Shown: positions 61,722 to 64,000 of the stretch, piece by piece
How the letters are laid out: the number at the start of each line of letters is the position of its first letter
Position numbering within the stretch: position 1 is the stretch's first letter
NCBI RefSeq assembly: GCF_041905455.1
Contig: NZ_JAYRLA010000001.1
Coordinates: 297,737 to 361,736 of the forward strand
DNA length: 64,000 nt
Origin: Methylocella sp.
GTDB taxonomy: Bacteria; Pseudomonadota; Alphaproteobacteria; Rhizobiales; Beijerinckiaceae
Reading direction: 5' to 3'
Notes under the pieces: generated by a model
Told to the model about the DNA's origin: nothing
Databases searched by the model: none
Seen by the model: only the letters and a program-made list of their open reading frames with translations
Translations under genes and position numbers: made by a program

Positions 61722-63407
61722 ATGGCGGCGCCCGATTCGGAGGCTCGCCCAGTGTCGATCGATGACGTCGCCGACCCGACCGACCCGTGGCTTCGCGAGG
61801 CGCAGACCTTTCCCGTCCTTTCCGCCGAGATGGCCGCGCGCGCCGGCGCCTATGGACGCGAGGAGGTTTTCGCGCGGGACACGCGGCTGTTCGAGCGCGG
61901 CGACCGCGACGCCGATTTCTTTCTCGTCCTCGACGGCGCGATCGACATCCTCGCCGACGATTTGCGCGGCGGCCCGGTCACGCTCGCGACCTACGGGCCG
62001 GGCCAGTTCACCGGCGAGCTGAACCTCTACAACTCCCGTCAGATCCTCGTCGCCGGGCGCGCGCGCGAAGGCGCCCGCCTGCTTCGCATAAAGCACGCGG
62101 ACTTCCGCCGCCTGGTCTCCGCCGAGCCCGACATCGGCGAGATCGTCATGCGCGCCTACATCCTGCGCCGCGTCGGCTTCATCCGCCACGCCCAGGGCGG
62201 CGTCGCGCTGCTCGGCAGCCCGCAGAACGGCGATTTCCTGCGCGTCAGGCGCTTCCTCGCGCGCAACGGCTACCCGCACGAGGCGCTCGACGCCGATCTC
62301 GCCGGAGAGGACGCCCTTTTCGCCGGGCTCGACGTCGCGGACGGCGACCTGCCGGTCGTGATCGCGCCGAACCGCGAGATCCTGCGCAATCCTTCGAACC
62401 TCGAGCTCGCCCGGCGGCTCGGCCTGACCGAGACGCTCGATCCAGCCGCCGTCTATGACGTCGTCGTGGCGGGGGCGGGGCCGGCGGGGCTCGCGGCGGC
62501 GGTCTACGCGGCCTCCGAAGGTCTCGACACGCTGGTGATCGAGGAGCTCGCGCCGGGCGGGCAAGCCGGCCAGTCGTCGAAGATCGAGAACTATCTCGGC
62601 TTTCCGACCGGCGTGTCGGGCCAGGCGCTCGCCGGACGGGCGCAGATCCAGGCGCAGAAATTCGGCGCGAGGCTCGCCGTCGCCCGCGCCGTCGCCTCGC
62701 TCGACTGCTCGACGACGCCGCTGCGCCTGACGCTCGACGACGGCCAGAGCGTGCGCGCCCGCGCGGTGGTGGTGGCGACGGGCGCGCGCTACCGCCGGCT
62801 CGACCTGCCCGACTACGACAAATACGAGGGGCAGGGGATCCAATACGCCGCGACCGCGGTGGAGGCGCAGCTGTGCGCCGACGCCGAGGTCGTCGTGGTC
62901 GGCGGCGGCAATTCGGCGGGGCAGGCGGCGACGTTCCTCGCCCGCACGGCCGCCCATGTCCATATTCTCGTGCGTGGCCCGAGCCTCTCCGACACCATGT
63001 CGGATTATCTCGTGCGGCGCATCGGCGCCTCGCCGCGCGTCACCGTGCGCGCCGATACCGAGATCGCCGAGTTGCATGGCGACGAGCATTTGCGCGCCGT
63101 CACATGGACGAACCGTGCGACCGGACAAAGCGAGACGCGGCGCGTCGGCGCGCTGTTCGTGATGATCGGCGCCGAGCCCAACACCGGCTGGCTCGACGGC
63201 TGCCTCGATCTCGACCGGCAGGGCTTCGTGCGCACCGGCTTCGCCTGCAAGGAGGGATGGAGCGGCTCTCCGTTCGCTGCGTCGAGGCCGGGCGTCTTCG
63301 CGATCGGCGACGTGCGCTCGGGCTCGATCAAGCGCGTCGCCGCGAGCGTCGGCGAGGGCTCGGTGGTGGTCCACGACATCCATCGCTTCCTCAACCCGGC
63401 GCTCTGA
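61722..63407 (+). CDS. Cyclic-nucleotide-binding-domain / thioredoxin-disulfide reductase-like FAD oxidoreductase fusion
   Basis: ATG 61722. N-terminal cNMP-like beta-barrel (FERGDRDADFFLVLDGAIDIL...FTGELNL), then a TrxR fold: VVVAGAGPAGLAAAVYAASEG, VVVVGGGNSAGQAA, FAIGDVRSGSIKRVA. Confidence 0.8.
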   Translation: MAAPDSEARPVSIDDVADPTDPWLREAQTFPVLSAEMAARAGAYGREEVFARDTRLFERGDRDADFFLVLDGAIDILADDLRGGPVTLATYGPGQFTGELNLYNSRQILVAGRAREGARLLRIKHADFRRLVSAEPDIGEIVMRAYILRRVGFIRHAQGGVALLGSPQNGDFLRVRRFLARNGYPHEALDADLAGEDALFAGLDVADGDLPVVIAPNREILRNPSNLELARRLGLTETLDPAAVYDVVVAGAGPAGLAAAVYAASEGLDTLVIEELAPGGQAGQSSKIENYLGFPTGVSGQALAGRAQIQAQKFGARLAVARAVASLDCSTTPLRLTLDDGQSVRARAVVVATGARYRRLDLPDYDKYEGQGIQYAATAVEAQLCADAEVVVVGGGNSAGQAATFLARTAAHVHILVRGPSLSDTMSDYLVRRIGASPRVTVRADTEIAELHGDEHLRAVTWTNRATGQSETRRVGALFVMIGAEPNTGWLDGCLDLDRQGFVRTGFACKEGWSGSPFAASRPGVFAIGDVRSGSIKRVAASVGEGSVVVHDIHRFLNPAL

Positions 63408-63679
63408 GCGGGCGCCGTCGGCGACGCGCCGCAACTTCGGCGACCGCGCGGATTGGCGGCGAGCCAGCCGTCATCGCGCGAGGATACGATCACCAAGCCC
63501 ACGATCACCGCAAAGGAACGCCGATCTATTACAAGGATGGGGAACCGGACAGCCTGTGTCGGCCAGCTCGGCGCCGCACTCGGCCTGACCGGCGCCGCCA
63601 TCACGCTGGCCATCGAAGGGCGCCAGCGTGATGGACGCTGCGCCGGAACGCCGGAAAGGCTCGGCCAGCGCGCCTGCGC

Positions 63680-64000
63680 TCAATCCGCTGTCTGGCGTCG
63701 CTGGACGCTGCGGACACCGCGCGACGCCCGTTCCATGACGAGCGCGAGCCTGTCCCGAACGAAGGGGTCGAGCAATTTGACGAACAGCAGGGAGAGCGCA
63801 AGCACGATCGCGATGGCGAAGGGCGTCGCAATCTCAACGGGACATCCAAGACGTGCGAAGGAGCGGCTGATCAGCAGGCCGCAATTATTGTGGAGCAGAT
63901 AGATCGGAAAGGACAGCAATCCCAGCAATCTGATGGTCGGCGCGATGCGCGGCGAAGCGAGCGGACCGGAGCCGGCAAAGATGAACGCGGCCATCGCCGC
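63680..64000 (-). CDS. Acyltransferase family 3 membrane protein, C-terminal ~106 codons (5' end outside the window)
   Basis: The frame is open to the window edge. LLGLLSFPIYLLHNN... is a typical acyltransferase_3 C-terminal TM segment. Confidence 0.55.
   Translation of the reverse strand, partial: AAMAAFIFAGSGPLASPRIAPTIRLLGLLSFPIYLLHNNCGLLISRSFARLGCPVEIATPFAIAIVLALSLLFVKLLDPFVRDRLALVMERASRGVRSVQRRQTAD

Noticed and set aside
63408-63679. Several overlapping ORFs (63453..63902 plus strand, 63471..63683 and 63005..63613 minus strand) in the gap between the TrxR-fusion gene and the acyltransferase.
   Set aside because: None has protein-like composition or a plausible RBS. It could be a decayed gene fragment, but I cannot support a call.

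Overview
High-GC, mostly core chromosomal DNA that looks alphaproteobacterial (Hyphomicrobiales/Rhizobiales-like gene order). I had no database access, so every call rests on reading the ORF translations and the DNA by eye.

Core blocks:
- 1-9.4 kb: DAHP synthase (3' part), a GT21-like glycosyltransferase, gltX, DUF2865, creA, cysS, a GNAT and cimA.
- 10.3-19.5 kb: tonB-like, LOG, an Atm1-type ABC exporter, psd, a GNAT, sppA, ihfB, lapA-like, trpF and trpB.
- 32-61 kb: a PleC/DivJ/PdhS-type histidine kinase, then a complete dcw cluster (mraZ-rsmH-ftsL-ftsI-murE-murF-mraY-murD-ftsW-murG-murC-murB-ddl-ftsQ-ftsA-ftsZ), followed by bamD, recN and ligA.
- 61-64 kb: DUF1348, a cNMP-domain/thioredoxin-reductase fusion and a partial acyltransferase.

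Accessory or odd regions:
1. A sharp ~0.85 kb AT-rich insert with one exported orphan ORF (9.4-10.3 kb).
2. A synteny break after trpB, occupied by a prodomain-less S53 peptidase and a co-oriented secreted partner.
3. A solitary bioB preceded by a methyltransferase and an unknown gene.
4. A decayed ~4.5 kb integrative island wedged between the 3' ends of tRNA-Leu(CAG) and tRNA-His(GUG). It carries a P4-type integrase, a compositionally mosaic 265-aa orphan, an excisionase, an HTH/zinc-ribbon protein and a truncated second recombinase.
5. A secreted YVTN beta-propeller gene split by one in-frame TAG.

No CRISPR array, rRNA, IS element or recognisable multi-gene defence or enzymatic system was seen. 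The candidates for something new are single orphan genes or gene pairs, and I rate them modestly.
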